From the human T2T-CHM13v2.0 reference genome, Homo sapiens, in NCBI GenBank assembly GCA_009914755.4, contig CP086569.2, positions 27,136,001 through 27,200,000 of the forward strand: a DNA stretch of 64,000 bases. The letters run 5' to 3'. Positions 44,376 to 59,034 of the stretch are shown piece after piece; position 1 is the first letter of the stretch, and every line of letters starts with the position of its first letter. The position numbers were made by a program, and so were the translations under genes. Below the pieces are notes generated by a model. That model was not told the origin of the DNA, did no database searches, and worked only from the letters and a program-made list of their open reading frames with translations.

Positions 44376-45142
44376 TACATTGCTCTGACCTCAGCACTGT
44401 CCGAGGCCAAGGAAATGCTGGCTATGAGCAGAAACATAGTTGACCTCTCTTAAAGCTGCATCTTGTTTCTGCTAGGCCTAAACAGTCCAAATCTGGGTAT
44501 AATCAATTTTGTATATCTGATAATACAAATTCACTATTGAGGCTGAAAACAGAAGACACACTAGAGATTAAGACTTTAGAAATCTGAACAACTTGTTTTT
44601 TTCCTAAAAGCATCAAGCATAATGATACAACAAAACATGGCCTGTAGTCCAAACTTCAGACTGCTATGTCCTAGAAGGGAAGTAGAATGAAAAATACAAA
44701 CCAATAAATAACACAAACATCCCTTGAGGTCACAAATAGAAGAGTTAGATTCCACTCTCCCCAAGTAGCTTAGTGGTAGTACCAAGGTAAAAAGAAAAGC
44801 TTCCGTGATTTGGTTGGTAAGAGAAGGCATTCCTAAGTCCAGGAAAAGATCAGGAATAGCAAAAAGGTAGAAACCTCATGTTTCAAAAGTAGAATATGGA
44901 CAGGTAAAAACCTGAAAGAGGACTCAAGATTCACTGTTAAGGCAAAGACTTTCCACATAGCCTGGCAAAGCAATGGCATCCCTTTATGGAAATGAAAATG
45001 AGAAACGCCCCCTGTCTCCTTTGATGGTAAGTGCTTACTTATCTGCAGTCAAATCTCAGCCTCCCGGAGCACTTCGCTAGCAGGGTGCTCAGAATTAGGT
45101 GAAGCTTGCCAAGACAGAAAATTTCAGATGCTTGTCATCTAG

Positions 45143-45287
45143 CATTAGGTATATCTCCCAATGCTATCCCTCCCCCCTCCCCCCATCCCACAACAGTCCC
45201 CAGAGTGTGATGTTCCCCTTCCTGTGTCCATGTGACCCTAAAACTTAAAGTATAATAATAAAAGAAAAAAAAAACTTAAAAAAAAAA
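45143..45287 (+). mobile_element. Severely 5'-truncated L1PA insertion with 5' inversion (twin priming)
   Basis: 45143-45234 is the reverse complement of L1 3'UTR (..ATCACACTCTGGGGACTGTTGTGGGATGGGGGGAGGGGGGAGGGATAGCATTGGGAGATATACCTAATGCTAGATGACA). 45235-45287 is sense ACCCTAAAACTTAAAGTATAATAATAAAAG plus an A tail. Perfect 16-bp TSD GAAAATTTCAGATGCT lies at 45127-45142 and 45288-45303. Confidence 0.8.
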
Positions 45288-45780
45288 AGAAAATTTCAGA
45301 TGCTGTCGCAGAGGCACTGAAGGTTAAGGAAAGAGTGTGTGTTACCTTGCTTTCAATCTTTCTCAACTGTCTCATTTATAAAGTGTCCTCAAGGTGAAAC
45401 TCTGAACAACTGTTATGTAGGACAGAGGTAGAGGAGAAATTTCAGAACAGAATGGAGGAAGTTATAAGATACTGTATAGGCAAAAGAGTCTGACTTTAAT
45501 GTCACAGCCCATCCTAATCTTTCCACAGCTAAGTTTCTTAGCTATACAAGAAAAACACCAAATTTAACCTTCTTTTTATTTCAGGGTTGATGTGAGGACA
45601 CAAGATGACAAATATGAAAACAGATTTTTAAAAAGATAACTAGTACATAAGTCCAAGTATTGCTATTAAATATGATATTCTTTGTGTTAATTAATAAAAC
45701 AAAATATACTGTAAGGCAGTATAGTGCATTGATTTAGAGCAAACTTTCTCTGTAAAGAGCCAAATAGAAAGTACTTTATT

Positions 45781-46040
45781 TGGGAGACCAAGGTGAATGA
45801 ATTGCTTGAGGGCAGGAGTTCAAGACCAGCCTGGGCAATGTGGGAAGAATCTATCTCTACAAAAAAAGAAAAAAATTTAAATTAGCCAGGCATGGTGGTG
45901 GACAACTGTAGTCCTAGCTACTCGGGAGGCTGAGATGAAAAACTTGCTTAAGCCCAGGAGGTCAAAACTGCAGTGAGGTATGATTGTGCCATTATACTCC
46001 AGTGTGAGTGACAGAGCCTGACCCTGTCTCTAAAAAAACA
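45781..46040 (+). mobile_element. Alu (older, 5'-truncated)
   Basis: TGGGAGACCAAGGTGAATGAATTGCTTGAGGGCAGGAGTTCAAGACCAGCCTGGGCAATGTGGGAAGAATCTATCTCTAC..GCCAGGCATGGTGGTGGACAACTGTAGTCCTAGCTACTCGGGAGGCTGAGATGAAAAACTTGCTTAAGCCCAGGAGGTCAAAACTGCAGTGAGG.. Confidence 0.8.
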
Positions 46041-46404
46041 AGAGAAAAAAGAGCAAAAAGAAAGAAGTACTTCACACTTTGCAGATCATAGTCTCTTGCA
46101 AACATTCAACTCTGTCATTATAACCTAAAAGCAGCTATGGACAATACTAATACCAATGACTATAGCTGGGTTCCAGTAAAATTTTATGGACACTAAAAAT
46201 CTGAATTTCATATAAGTTGCACATATCACAAAATACTTTTTCAGCTAATTAAAAGTGCAAAACTATTTTTAGCTTATAGGTTGTACAAAAACAGGCAGTG
46301 GGCTGGATTTGGCCCATGAGCTGTAGTTTGCTGACTCCTGATTTAGTGCATTGGCCAGAAAGTTTGAATTCAAATGTCAGCTGTGGAACTTAATAGCAAT
46401 AACA

Positions 46405-46590
46405 CCTTGTATAAGTTACTTAACTTCTTTCTGCCTCAGTTACCCCATCTATAAAATGGGAATAACAGTACTATTTCTTTCTTAGTATTATTATGAAGAT
46501 TACATATCTTTATATGGACACAGCAGTTGGAACAGTGTCTGGCACAACTTAACTGCTCATGCATATTGCTGTTAGCTATTATAAACCATT
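46405..46590 (+). mobile_element. MIR fragment
   Basis: ..TTACTTAACTTCTTTCTGCCTCAGTTACCCCATCTATAAAATGGGAATAACAGTACTATTTC..ACAGCAGTTGGAACAGTGTCTGGCACAACTTAACTGCTCATGCATATTGCTGTTAGCTATTAT (MIR core plus 3' region). Confidence 0.7.
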
Positions 46591-47017
46591 TCCATAACAA
46601 TCTCTAACAATTCTGCAAGTGTGCCACAGTTTCACATGCCCTCATATATTTACACATGCTGTTTCCTCTGTCTGGAATGCATTTTCCTGCTTAAAGCTTC
46701 TACATGGTCTGAAAGACTTAGTTTAAACATTACCTTCACTATGAAGCCTGCCTTGACTATTCTTCTCAACCTAGCAGATACTAGCCACTACCATCAGTTT
46801 CCCATTATCTATTGTAGTACATTGGATTTTATTGTAGTTATCTTTGATAGGTCAAATTCTCAGCAAGACGCCTTGTATGCAGAGTCTATGACTTACTAAT
46901 TGTATCCCCAGGGCCCAGAATAGTTCTCTACACACACAAAACATGTATTTGCTTAATGATATTAACAATACAGAAAGCAAGCTAATACATTAATAATGAG
47001 GATAGAAATCTCCTAGT

Positions 47018-47395
47018 TATGTGCCATAAAAAGGAACAAAATCATGTGCTTTCCAGTAACATGGATGCAGCTGCAGGCCATTATCCTAAGTAAATTAACA
47101 CAGGAACAGAAAACAAATTCTGCATGTTCTCACTTATAAGTGTGAGCTAAACACTGGGTATTCATGGACATAAAGATGGCAACAGTAGACACTGGGGACT
47201 ACTAGAGCAGAGAGGGAGGGAGAGAGAAAGGGAGAGGGGCTAGGGATGAAAAACTAACTATTGGGTACTACACTTGCTAACTGGGTGATGGGATCAATCA
47301 TACCCCAAACTTCAGCATCACACGATATACCCATTAACAAACTTGTACATGTACCCCCTGAATCTAAAAGTTGAAATTATAAAAAATAAATGAAA
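47018..47395 (+). mobile_element. L1 (L1PB/L1PA-old) 3' end fragment
   Basis: ..TGCCATAAAAAGGAACAAAATCATGTGCTTTCCAGTAACATGGATGCAGCTGCAGGCCATTATCCTAAGTAAATTAACACAGGAACAGAAAACAAATTCTGCATGTTCTCACTTATAAGTGTGAGCTAAACA..GGGTACTACACTTGCTAACTGGGTGATGGGATCAATCATACCCCAAACTTCAGCATCACACGATATACCCATTAACAAACTTGTACATGTACCCCCTGAATCTAAAAGTTGAAATTATAAAAAATAAA. Confidence 0.8.
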
Positions 47396-47435
47396 TGAGA
47401 CCTTTTTAATCTATCATTAAGGAAAAAAAAATATC

Positions 47436-47729
47436 GGCCAGGTGCAGTGGCTCACGCCTGTAATCCCAGCACTTTGGGAGGCTGAGGCAAGCAAATCACG
47501 AGGTCAGGAGATCGAGACCAGCCTGGTTAACACGGTGAAACCCCATCTCTACTAAAAGCACAAAAAATTAGCCAGGCATGGTGGTAGGTGCCAGTAATCC
47601 CAGCTACTCAGGAGGCTGAGGCAGGAGAATGGCTTGAACACAGGAGGTGGAGCTTGCATTGAGCCAAGATCCCGCCATTGTACTCTAGCCTGGACGACAG
47701 AGCAAGACTCCGTTTCCAAAAAAAAAAAG
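47436..47729 (+). mobile_element. Alu (AluS)
   Basis: GGCCAGGTGCAGTGGCTCACGCCTGTAATCCCAGCACTTTGGGAGGCTGAGGCAAGCAAATCACGAGGTCAGGAGATCGAGACCAGCCTGGTTAACACGGTGAAACCCCATCTC.. Confidence 0.9.
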
Positions 47730-47735
47730 AAATCA

Positions 47736-48010
47736 GGCCAGGTGTGGTGGCTCACACCTATAATCCCAGCATTTTAGGAAGGTAAGGAGGGAGGATTTTT
47801 TGAGACCAGCTTGGACAACAAAATGAGACCTCATCTCTACAAAAAATTAAAAAGTTTGCTGGGCATGCTAACACATGCCTGTGGTCCAAGCTACACAGGA
47901 GGCTAAGGCAGGGGGATCGCTTAGGCCCAGAAAAATGAGGCTGCAGTAAGCCATGTATGCACCACTACACTCCAGCCCTAGGTGACAGAGCAAGACCCTG
48001 TCAAAAGAAA
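47736..48010 (+). mobile_element. Alu (older, AluJ-like), directly adjacent to the previous Alu
   Basis: GGCCAGGTGTGGTGGCTCACACCTATAATCCCAGCATTTTAGGAAGGTAAGGAGGGAGGATTTTTTGAGACCAGCTTGGACAACAAAATGAGACCTCATCTCTAC..GGGATCGCTTAGGCCCAGAAAAATGAGGCTGCAGTAAGCCATG.. Confidence 0.85.
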
Positions 48011-49170
48011 GAAATCTCTTAGTTATATGACAAATGTGAATATAATTAAATATGAAAATAATTTCTAATATCCTATTTTGAGTAAAATTTACCATGTTAA
48101 TATCCATCCCCAGGCATATCCAGTGAGCATCCAGAGGTTTTCTTGGTGCTATTATTAGTTGGTAGCACATATCTTAGAATCCACACATTGATAATCACAA
48201 CACTAGGTTTTAGAGATTCAAAAGGTCATCTCCCACCTCAATTTACAAAAAATATATATATATATGTTTAGTACTGAGGGGAAAAGGAAATAAAATAATG
48301 AAATGTGAAATTTCCACCAATATAACAATGTACATAGCAAAAAGCAAGAAGTTAACAGAATGAAAGCCCTTTTCTGAGCCTTCTCTTAAACTCTTAAGGA
48401 AATAGTCAATCATCAAAAGGCTTCACCAAGGCCATTGAGAGAAGTATGCTTTTTCAGCTAGTCAGGATTCTAACTAAAACAGAGTTACTTGGGCAACATA
48501 AGACATTACCCTTCCCACTCTCAACTTGCCAAGAGTGTTGTGTCCCTTTGCTTAGACTTCTGCCAGGCAAGCTATGATACTGTGCCCAAATGATCCTGTG
48601 CCAGACACAACAATCCCTCTGACAGAAGGTTCCTTGTGTCTACTAATTCTAGGCTAACCAGCACGCCTGGCATACTGTCTCTTAAAAAAATCAAAGCTGT
48701 TTTGGGAGAACAGGTTAAAGGAGGAAGGGACTCCAACAACTGAATAGTGAATATTTTCCAAAAGGCAATTTAATATCATCAAAATCAATGAATGCAATAA
48801 TAATGAAGAGAGTTCAGTGAAGATTCAGATCACAACCCCCAGGTGACACTAACATGACAGTGAGGATGAAGTAGGAGCTTTCAATTTTCTAAGTTTTCTA
48901 AGTTAATGTCACATATGTAAAAATCCCAGCTGTTTGCTGTGGAAATAATGACATCAGAATCAGTTTGTCCTTGAGTTTTCGTTTTTGCTTCTTTTGTTTC
49001 TAATGTGTGTATGCATGTGTGTGTAATGCACTGGCTAAGAATTATCCATTTTTCCAGAGGTCTATTTCCCTCTTTCAGAGTATGAGATCATATACTATGA
49101 GAATCTGCCAAATTTAAGGAATTTGGCATATTGTCTCCTAAAAAAATCAAACATATAGAAAATACTTTTT

Positions 49171-49322
<152 letters not shown>

Positions 49323-50420
49323 TCAAAAAGAAAATATTTATATTAGGACTATGCTGTATTCTTGCCAGTGCCATTGTTATTACTACTACCATTACTATCA
49401 TGATTTTCTTCAGTGCCAGAAAATAGCTGCATGTATAGTATTTAATTATTGCTGAATTTGGACATTCTCATAATTGCTAACTTATGGGATAGTAACTTTA
49501 GACACACTATTATCAAAAACTTTTTTTCTTCCAATATGTTATTTTAATATATCTGACTAAAAGGATTGGGTTTTCCTATATTTTAGATCTAGATTAATTT
49601 CAATGGAATAATATAAGTTATAATGCCATCCATTCTTCCAAAAAACTCAAATTTTAAATATATCCCCATGTGTCTTCCCAAAAGTCCTCTAAGGAAGGGA
49701 AAGGTTGAGGAATATCACAATACTGGTGATAGCAGCCAATATTTTTTCTGGTCTATTTGAAGCTGGGCATGTGGAAAAGACCTGGCAAGAGAGTAGTATG
49801 AAAAGACAGCCTACCACAAAGCTATGAGAAATTCTAGAATTTAAAAACTGTTTAGGAAAGGATGAGTGAGCAAAGGTGGTATAACCAGAGAAGAGAAAAG
49901 AAAAACAAATGTATCATGGAAGTCATAGGATGAAAGCGTTTCAAGAAAGAGTGGTTGATGTTGCTAACAGTCAAGTAAGCTGAAGAAAGGAAATGTCAGA
50001 ATTAGCAATGTAAAGGTCATGGAGGACCTGAGCTTGAAATGTTTCAGTGCAGTAATTGGGCAAGAGCAAGATTAAGAATGGAATGAAGAGTGAAAGGAAA
50101 TGAGAGCATTGATAAGTCTTGAAAAATATGGCTAAGAAAAGGAGGAAAGAGACAGAGTGATAGATGGAAGCCAGGAAGGGGCCATAAATTGTTGTTATTG
50201 TAAAATGAAAGAGACTTGAGCATGTTTAATTATATTTAGAAGCATTCACATGAAAAGAAAAGGTTGGCAAATAAGGTTGGATAGTGTGAGATTAAAGAGA
50301 AAGGCTCCAAAATAAAGACAGAAGGATTACCCTTAAATGGGAAAAACTCTCCACTGCAATAGGAGGGAAGGAAAAGAGAATGCCTCAGACATAGGTAGAG
50401 TGGTTTAGAGATAAAAATTG

Positions 50421-50628
50421 AGCCTGGGCAACATGGTGAAACCCCATCTCTACAAAAAATACAAAAATTAGCCAGGCATGATGGCACGCATCTATAGTCC
50501 CAGCTACTTGGGAGGCTGAGGTGGGAGGATCACTTGAGCCCCAAAGGCATTGCTTGCAGTGAGCCAAGCCTTACAGTGTGACACTGCACTTCAGTCTGAG
50601 TGACAAAGAGGGACCTTGTCTCAAAAAA
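50421..50628 (+). mobile_element. Alu, 5'-truncated
   Basis: AGCCTGGGCAACATGGTGAAACCCCATCTCTACAAAAAATACAAAAATTAGCCAGGCATGATGGCACGCATCTATAGTCCCAGCTACTTGGGAGGCTGAGGTGGGAGGATCACTTGAGCCCCAAAGGCATTGCTTGCAGTGAGCC.. Confidence 0.8.
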
Positions 50629-50775
50629 GTAATAACAAATAAGAAATTCCCATCTGATTTCTCTGTTTTCTATCTTATCTGTGAAGCAGTAGTAATCACA
50701 GTAGTAACAGGGGTAGTGGTAGGAGCAATAATATCAATTAATATTTATTAAGGGCTTACTATACATGGGTGAAAC

Positions 50776-50870
50776 ACTGCCCCATATATTGAATATTAAT
50801 GAATTAATATTCATTAAATACTGCCCCATATAATGAATGTTAATGAATTAATATTCATTAAATCCTCCTG
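50776..50870. repeat. Tandem duplication (2 x ~44 bp). Each unit contains a 9-bp perfect inverted repeat with a 4-nt spacer.
   Basis: CTGCCCCATATATTGAATATTAATGAATTAATATTCATTAAATA / CTGCCCCATATAATGAATGTTAATGAATTAATATTCATTAAATC. The arms are GAATATTAA..TTAATATTC. Confidence 0.8.
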
Positions 50871-52127
50871 GCAAGCTAATAAGATAAATATTACTATTAT
50901 TACCATCATCATCATTTTTAGAAGATTAAGTAACATGCCCAAGGTCATATGGCTAAAAACTAAGGAGCCAGCATTCAAATCCAATCAGTCTGGCTCCAGG
51001 CATAATTCTGAACCATTTTATTAAACCAACTCTAAATTTAACAACCTACAGGGCACTAGAGACTTTCACAAGTCTCATGTTAAAGCACTTGTTAAAAGGG
51101 TTTTTTTGGTGCAGTGATAAACACAAAAGCCAGATCAGACAAGTTGTGGAGTAGGAAGCAAAGCAGGAGGAGGTGATATCAACTGTTCAGAAAAAGGAAG
51201 GAAGTAGAATGGTCAGAAGGGTGAGGATCATACAGAAGTATGAAATGATCATTCCAGAGAAATGAGTGAGTTGGCCAGGGACATACGATTGGGTTTCCAG
51301 ACAAGGGAAAGGATCTATTTGAATTTGGGGACCATGAATGTAAAGTAATAAAAACGTATACTATTTGGTGATTTTCATCCACTTAGGTGTAACCACAGAG
51401 AAATCAGAGTTAGGTTCATCCAGTTAGGACGTTGACAGATAAGTTCAAAAATTTCAGAGAGGTAAGGAGTTTAGGGTTTAGGGAAAGTGTTATTAAAGTA
51501 AACAGAATCTAAGCAAGACAAGAAGAAAAGCTGATGAATTATAAAGAAGTAAATGGGAAAAAGAATTGGAAGTCCCAATTAGAACTGGTTATAAAAGCAG
51601 TGATTGAATTAGCAATTCCACATTATGGCCAAAAAGCCAGATGCATTAGAGGAGGAGCAGATATAGGTGATATTTGTGTCACAGGTATAACTGTGGAAAT
51701 GGGTGACAGAGCAAGGTTGAGGGAAAAATCACCCAAAATGAGAAACATTTTCAGGAACAGTCACCCAAGTGAATGTTGGATGATTTGATAGAAAAATGAG
51801 ATGGAGAGTAAGTTGTGAGCTAAGTCTTTGATGAATGAGGGAGTTAAAAGGTGGCATGAGAATCAAAGGAGCAATGGTATTTTATTTTTATTAGACGGTA
51901 TAAGAAATAATGCTCAGGAAGTAACAATGGGGAACAACATGGTCCTAATACTGCTTCCTAACACCGAGTTATGTGAGACAAATGAAACCTAAACAACTTG
52001 AGAGGGCTTAAGTCTATGACAATAGCATAACTAATGCTGTGGGTTCCTAACTTCCAAACCAAAGCTCCATCCAATATCAGGTATACTATAGCTTTTTTCT
52101 TCAAATTGATTTTCTTTCTTTCTTTCT

Positions 52128-52425
52128 TCCTTTTTTTTTTTTTTTTTTGAGACAGAGTCTCACTTTGTTGCCCAGGCTGGAGTGAAGTGGCATCATCTTA
52201 ACTCAATACAAACTCTGCCTCCCAGGTCTAAGCGATTCTCATGCCTCAGCCTCCCAAGTACCTGGGGTTACAGCGCCCACTACCACATCCAGCTAATTTT
52301 TGTATTTTTAGTAGAGACAGGGTTTCACCATGTTGGCCAGGCTGGTCTTGAATTCCTGACCCCAAGTGATCTGCCCAGTCTCCCAAAGTGCTGGGATTGT
52401 AGGCATGAGCCACCAGGCCCAGCCC
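52128..52425 (-). mobile_element. Alu (antisense), copy 1 of a tandemly duplicated unit
   Basis: (T)nGAGACAGAGTCTCACTTTGTTGCCCAGGCTGGAGTGAAGTGGCATCATCTTAACTCAATACAAACTCTGCCTCCCAGGTCTAAGCGATTCTCATGCC..GGCATGAGCCACCAGGCCCAGCCC. Confidence 0.9.
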
Positions 52426-52505
52426 AAATTGATTTTCTTTTCTTTTCTTTTCTCTTTTCTTTTATTTTCTTTTTTCTCCTTTCTCTTTTCTTTCCCCTTC
52501 CTTCC

Positions 52506-52802
52506 TTTTTTTTTTTTTTTTTCTGAGACAGAGTTTCACTCTTGCTGTCCAGGCTGGAGTGCAGTGGCATCATCTTAACTCAATACAAACTCTGCTTCCC
52601 AGGTCTAAGCGATTCTCATGCCTCAGCCTCCCAAGTACCTGGGGTTACAGCGCCCACTACCACATCCAGCTAATTTTTGTATTTTTAGTAGAGACAGGGT
52701 TTCACCACGTTGGCCAGGCTGGTCTTCAATTCCTGACCCCAGGTGATCTGCCCAGTCTCCCAAAGTGCTGGGATTGTAGGCATGAGCCACCAGGCCCAGC
52801 CC
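52506..52802 (-). mobile_element. Alu (antisense), copy 2 (near-identical to copy 1)
   Basis: Same sequence as copy 1 with only a few substitutions (..TCTGCTTCCCAGG..; ..TTCAATTCCTGACCCCAGGTGATCTG..). Confidence 0.9.
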
Positions 52803-52877
52803 AAATTGATTTTCTTTTCTTTTCTCTTTTCTTTTATTTTCTTTTTTCTCTTTTCTCTTTTCTTTCCCCTTCCTTCC

Positions 52878-53174
<297 letters not shown>

Positions 53175-53323
53175 AAATTGATTGTCTTAAAGTAATCTAG
53201 TAACACAGAGTATATTTTTATTGTTAAGAGAAAAAAAATTAAAATCTAACTACAATATATCCTGCTAAAATACTGTCCAGATACTTATGTGCTTACATGT
53301 ACTTTTCATATATCTTTCAGAAT

Positions 53324-53586
53324 TTTTTTTTCTTTTTTTGAGATGGAGTCTCGTTCTGTCGCCCAGGCTGGAGTGCAGTGGTATGATCTCAGCTGGGATC
53401 TCGGTTGGCGCGATCTCAGCAGTGGTGCGATCTCACTGCCACCATGCCTGGCTAATTTTTTGTATTTTTAGTAGAGATGGAGTTTCGCCGTGTTAGCCAG
53501 GATGGTCTCGATCTCCTGACCTCGTGATCTGCCTGCCTCAGCCTCCCAAAGTGGTGGGATTACAGGCGTGAACCACCACGCCCGGC
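53324..53586 (-). mobile_element. Alu (antisense) with internal deletion and short internal tandem repeats
   Basis: (T)nGAGATGGAGTCTCGTTCTGTCGCCCAGGCTGGAGTGCAGTGGTATGATCTCAGCTGGGATCTCGGTTGGCGCGATCTCAGCAGTGGTGCGATCTCACTGCCACCATGCCTGGCTAATTTTTTGTATTTTTAGTAGAGATGGAGTTTCGCCGTGTTAGCCAGGATGGTCTCGATCTCC..GGCGTGAACCACCACGCCCGGCC. Confidence 0.8.
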
Positions 53587-53748
53587 CATCTTCCAGAATT
53601 TTTAAAAGTGTAAATGGGGACATATTATATGTACTTCAGTGAGTTTTTCTTTCTACTTACAATATTCTTATAGAATGTTCTTGCATAGTGTTAGTACAGG
53701 TTTATGTAGGTCTACCTCTTTTGTTTTTTATTTATTTATTTATTTTTT

Positions 53749-53866
53749 AGAGACAGGGTCTTGCTATGTTTCCCAGACTGGTCTCAAACTCCTGGCCTTA
53801 AGCAATCCTCCTGCCTTGGCCTCCTAAAGTGTTGGGATTACAGGAGTGAGCCATCATGCCCAGACC
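53749..53866 (-). mobile_element. Alu-derived monomer fragment (antisense) preceded by a (TTTA)n microsatellite
   Basis: AGAGACAGGGTCTTGCTATGTTTCCCAGACTGGTCTCAAACTCCTGGCCTTAAGCAATCCTCCTGCCTTGGCCTCCTAAAGTGTTGGGATTACAGGAGTGAGCCATCATGCCCAGACC. Confidence 0.75.
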
Positions 53867-54385
53867 TGGGTCTACTTCTTTTGTTCATAACAGCAAAAGA
53901 TTTCCATACTGTGAATATCTAACCATTCCCCCATTTATATAAATTTAGGTTTTTCCTAATTTTTTTTACAAGGAATAAAAGAACATTTTTGTATATACAT
54001 CTTTCTGTACATATGCTAGAATAAGGAAAGAAATAAAACTTGGGAGCCAAATGATCTGCATATATTTTTATAAATTCTGCCAAACTGCCTTCTGAAAAGG
54101 CTTTGCCCATTTACAAGACAGTTAAGTGCACCCATTTCCCCAACTCCATATCAATATCCATGCTTGAAAGAACTAATTCTTTTGGTTCAAGGAAAAAAAA
54201 AGAACCAATTTTTAAATTTCTGTTAAAGAACTGGAAAAAAAAAACACTGTTTCGATTTGCATTTTGCTAATAATGAAATCTGAGAAGTTTCTCATGTGTT
54301 TTAAATTTTTTTTAATGTTAAAACAGCTATGCTGAGATACAATTCACATACAATACAATTTGTCCATTTAAAGTATATAATTTCA

Positions 54386-54692
54386 GGCTGGACACAGTGG
54401 CTCACTCTTGCAATCCCAGCACTTTGGGAGATCAAGGCAGGTAGATCACTTGAGGTCAGGAGTTCGAGACCACCCTGGCCAACATGGCAAAACCCTTTCT
54501 CTACTAAAAATACAAAAAAAATGGCCAGGCTTGGTGGTGTGTGCCTGTAGTCCCAGCCCCTGAGGAGGCTGAGGCACGAGAATCCCTTTAACCCGAAAGG
54601 TGGAGGTTGCAGTGAGTTGAGATCGCAGCAGTGCACTCCAGCCTGGGCAATAGAGAGAGATCCTGTCTTTGGAAAAATAAATTAATTAATTA
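54386..54692 (+). mobile_element. Alu with a 17-bp TSD
   Basis: GGCTGGACACAGTGGCTCACTCTTGCAATCCCAGCACTTTGGGAGATCAAGGCAGGTAGATCACTTGAGGTCAGGAGTTCGAGACCACCCTGGCCAACATGGCAAAACCC.. TSD is tttaaagtatataatttcagg / aatttaaaagtatacaatttcaaagg. Confidence 0.85.
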
Positions 54693-54806
54693 AATTTAAA
54701 AGTATACAATTTCAAAGGTACTTTTTTAAAAAAATTATAGTCATAGATAAGTGAAACCATCACCACAGTCAATTTTAGAAAATTTCCATCATCTCAAAAA
54801 GAAGCC

Positions 54807-55133
<327 letters not shown>

Positions 55134-56002
55134 CTAGCTATTGCTCCTCAACCTCTTACCCTCCCTCCTCCTATCCCTAAGCAACCACCAACCTACTTTC
55201 CCACTCCAGAGATTTCCCTATTCTGGACTTTCAAATAAACAGAATCATATAATATGTAGACTTCTGTGACTGACTTCTCTTAGCATCTGTTTTCAAGGCT
55301 CATCCAAACTGTAGCATGAATCAGTATTTCATTCATTTTTATGGCTAAATAATGTTCCATTGTATGGATACACATTTCGATTATCCATAAGCTGATGAAC
55401 ATTTGGGTTGTGTCCACCTTTGGTTATTATGAATAATACTGCCATTAACATTTTTGTGTAAGTGTTGTATGGACACATGTTTTCATTTATCTTCAGTACA
55501 CCTAGGAGTAGAATTGCTGGTATGGACATACGTTTTCATTTATGGGAGTAGAACTGCTGGATCATATGGTAACTCTATGCTTAATTGTTTGAGGAACTGC
55601 CAGACTGTTTTTCAGCGGCTGCCCCATCTTACATTTTTACCAGCAGTATATAAGAGCTCCAATTTCACCATACCCTCACCAATACTTGTCATTATTTTAC
55701 TTTTTGGTTCTAGTCATCCTAGTGGGTACAAAGTGGTGTCTCATTATGGTTTTCATTGCATTTCCCTGATGACAATTGATGTTGAATATCTTTTCAGGTG
55801 CTTATTGGTCATTTGTGTATCTTCCTTGGAGGCATGTCTATTTAGATTATTTGTCCATTTTTTAATTGAGATATTTTTTTCTTCTTATTATTATAAAGTT
55901 ATTTATTTATTATTAAAGTTCTTTATATATTCTAGATACAAGTCACTTACAAGATATATAATTTGCAAATATCTCTCACTCTGTGGGTTGTCTTATCACT
56001 TT

Positions 56003-56590
<588 letters not shown>

Positions 56591-56971
56591 AGCTTTTAAT
56601 TTTTATGAATTCAAATTATTTTTTCTTTTGTTGCTCATGCTATGGTGACATATCTAAGAATCTTTTGCTAAATCCGAGGTCATGGATACAATCTGATAGC
56701 TCATCAGTAAAATTCAATCAATTAATCAATCGAGGTCATGGAAAACATTACTGCTATGTTTTCATCTAAGAGATTTTTAGCTTTAGCTTTTACATTTAGG
56801 TCTTTGATCTATTTTAACTTTTGTATGGTGTAAGACTCCAACTTCATTCTTTTGCATGTTATCCAGCTGCCCCCTATACCATTTGTTGAAAATACTATTC
56901 TTTCCCCAGTGAATGGTCTTGGCACCTTTGTCATATATCAGTTGACCATGGTTGCATGGGTTTATTTCTAG

Positions 56972-57446
<475 letters not shown>

Positions 57447-57532
57447 CCATGTGGATATTATCTCATATGTTTATTAGCCACATAAACTACTCCCCATTCA
57501 TAGCCTTTCCTCATTTTTTAAAGATGGTTAAA

Positions 57533-57826
57533 TTTTTTTTTTTTTTGAGACACAGTCTTATTCTGTTGCCCAGGTTGGAGTGCAGTGGCACCATCTCGGC
57601 TCACTGCAAGCTCCGCCTCCCGGGCACGCAGTTCTCCTGCCTCAGCCTCCCGAGTAGCTGGGACCACAGGCGCCCGCCACCACGCCTGGCTAATTTTTTG
57701 TATTTTTAGTTGAGACAGGGTTTCACCATGTTAGCCAGGATGGTCTCAATCTCCTGACCTTGTCATCCACCCACCTCGGGCTCCCAAAGTGCTGGGATTA
57801 CAGGCATGAGCCACTGTGCCCGGCTG
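57533..57826 (-). mobile_element. Alu (antisense)
   Basis: (T)14GAGACACAGTCTTATTCTGTTGCCCAGGTTGGAGTGCAGTGGCACCATCTCGGCTCACTGCAAGCTCCGCCTCCCGGGCACGCAGTTCTCC..GGCATGAGCCACTGTGCCCGGC. Confidence 0.9.
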
Positions 57827-58645
57827 GTTAAATTTTTAAAATTGTTTATATAAAGAGCTCGTTACTCTGGATATTAATCCTTGATCACAAAATCTTTTTC
57901 CTAGTCTGTCATTTGTCTTTCAACTCTTTTTAGGATGTTTTTTGTCATAGAAAAGTTCTGAGTTTCATTTTACTCAGGAAGCCTTCTCCCTCCCACCTCT
58001 TCCTTGCTTCCTAGTTATAAAAATATTCACCTATATTTCCTTCTAAAAATTATATTAACTATTTGATTCCTTGGAACTTACTTTTCAGATGGTGAGAGTT
58101 AGGCGGTATAATTTTTTTCCCCAAGTAGAGAGCCAACTCTCCTAACACAATTTTTACCCCATTAAATTGAAATGTTACCATTATCAAAATTAAATTCCTA
58201 TCTGTAATTGAGTCTGTTTCTGGAGTCTCTATTTCTTTCATTTATCTATTTATCTATTCCTCTATCAATACTATAGCATTTTAATTACTTAACTATATTT
58301 TGACATCTGGTAGGCCAAGACTCACCTTATTGAATTTTGAGGGATTTACTTGACTATTTCTGCATATTAATTCTTCCAGATGAAATTCAGGATGAGCTTG
58401 CCAAATTTTTCCATGGAAATTTTGACTAGAGTTACATGGATTTTATAATAAAAACAATAATAGCAAACACTATGGAGCCTACTAAGTGTCAGAAACTGTT
58501 TTAAGATCTTTCATATATTAATTCTAACAATTCTATGAGGTAGTTACTATTGTAGTACTACTAGATCAATATTAAGAAAGAGAGATGATACAATACTATT
58601 TCTATCAGTAGCTCCACTTATTTAGGCCTTCTTTCATGTTCTTTA

Positions 58646-59034
<389 letters not shown>

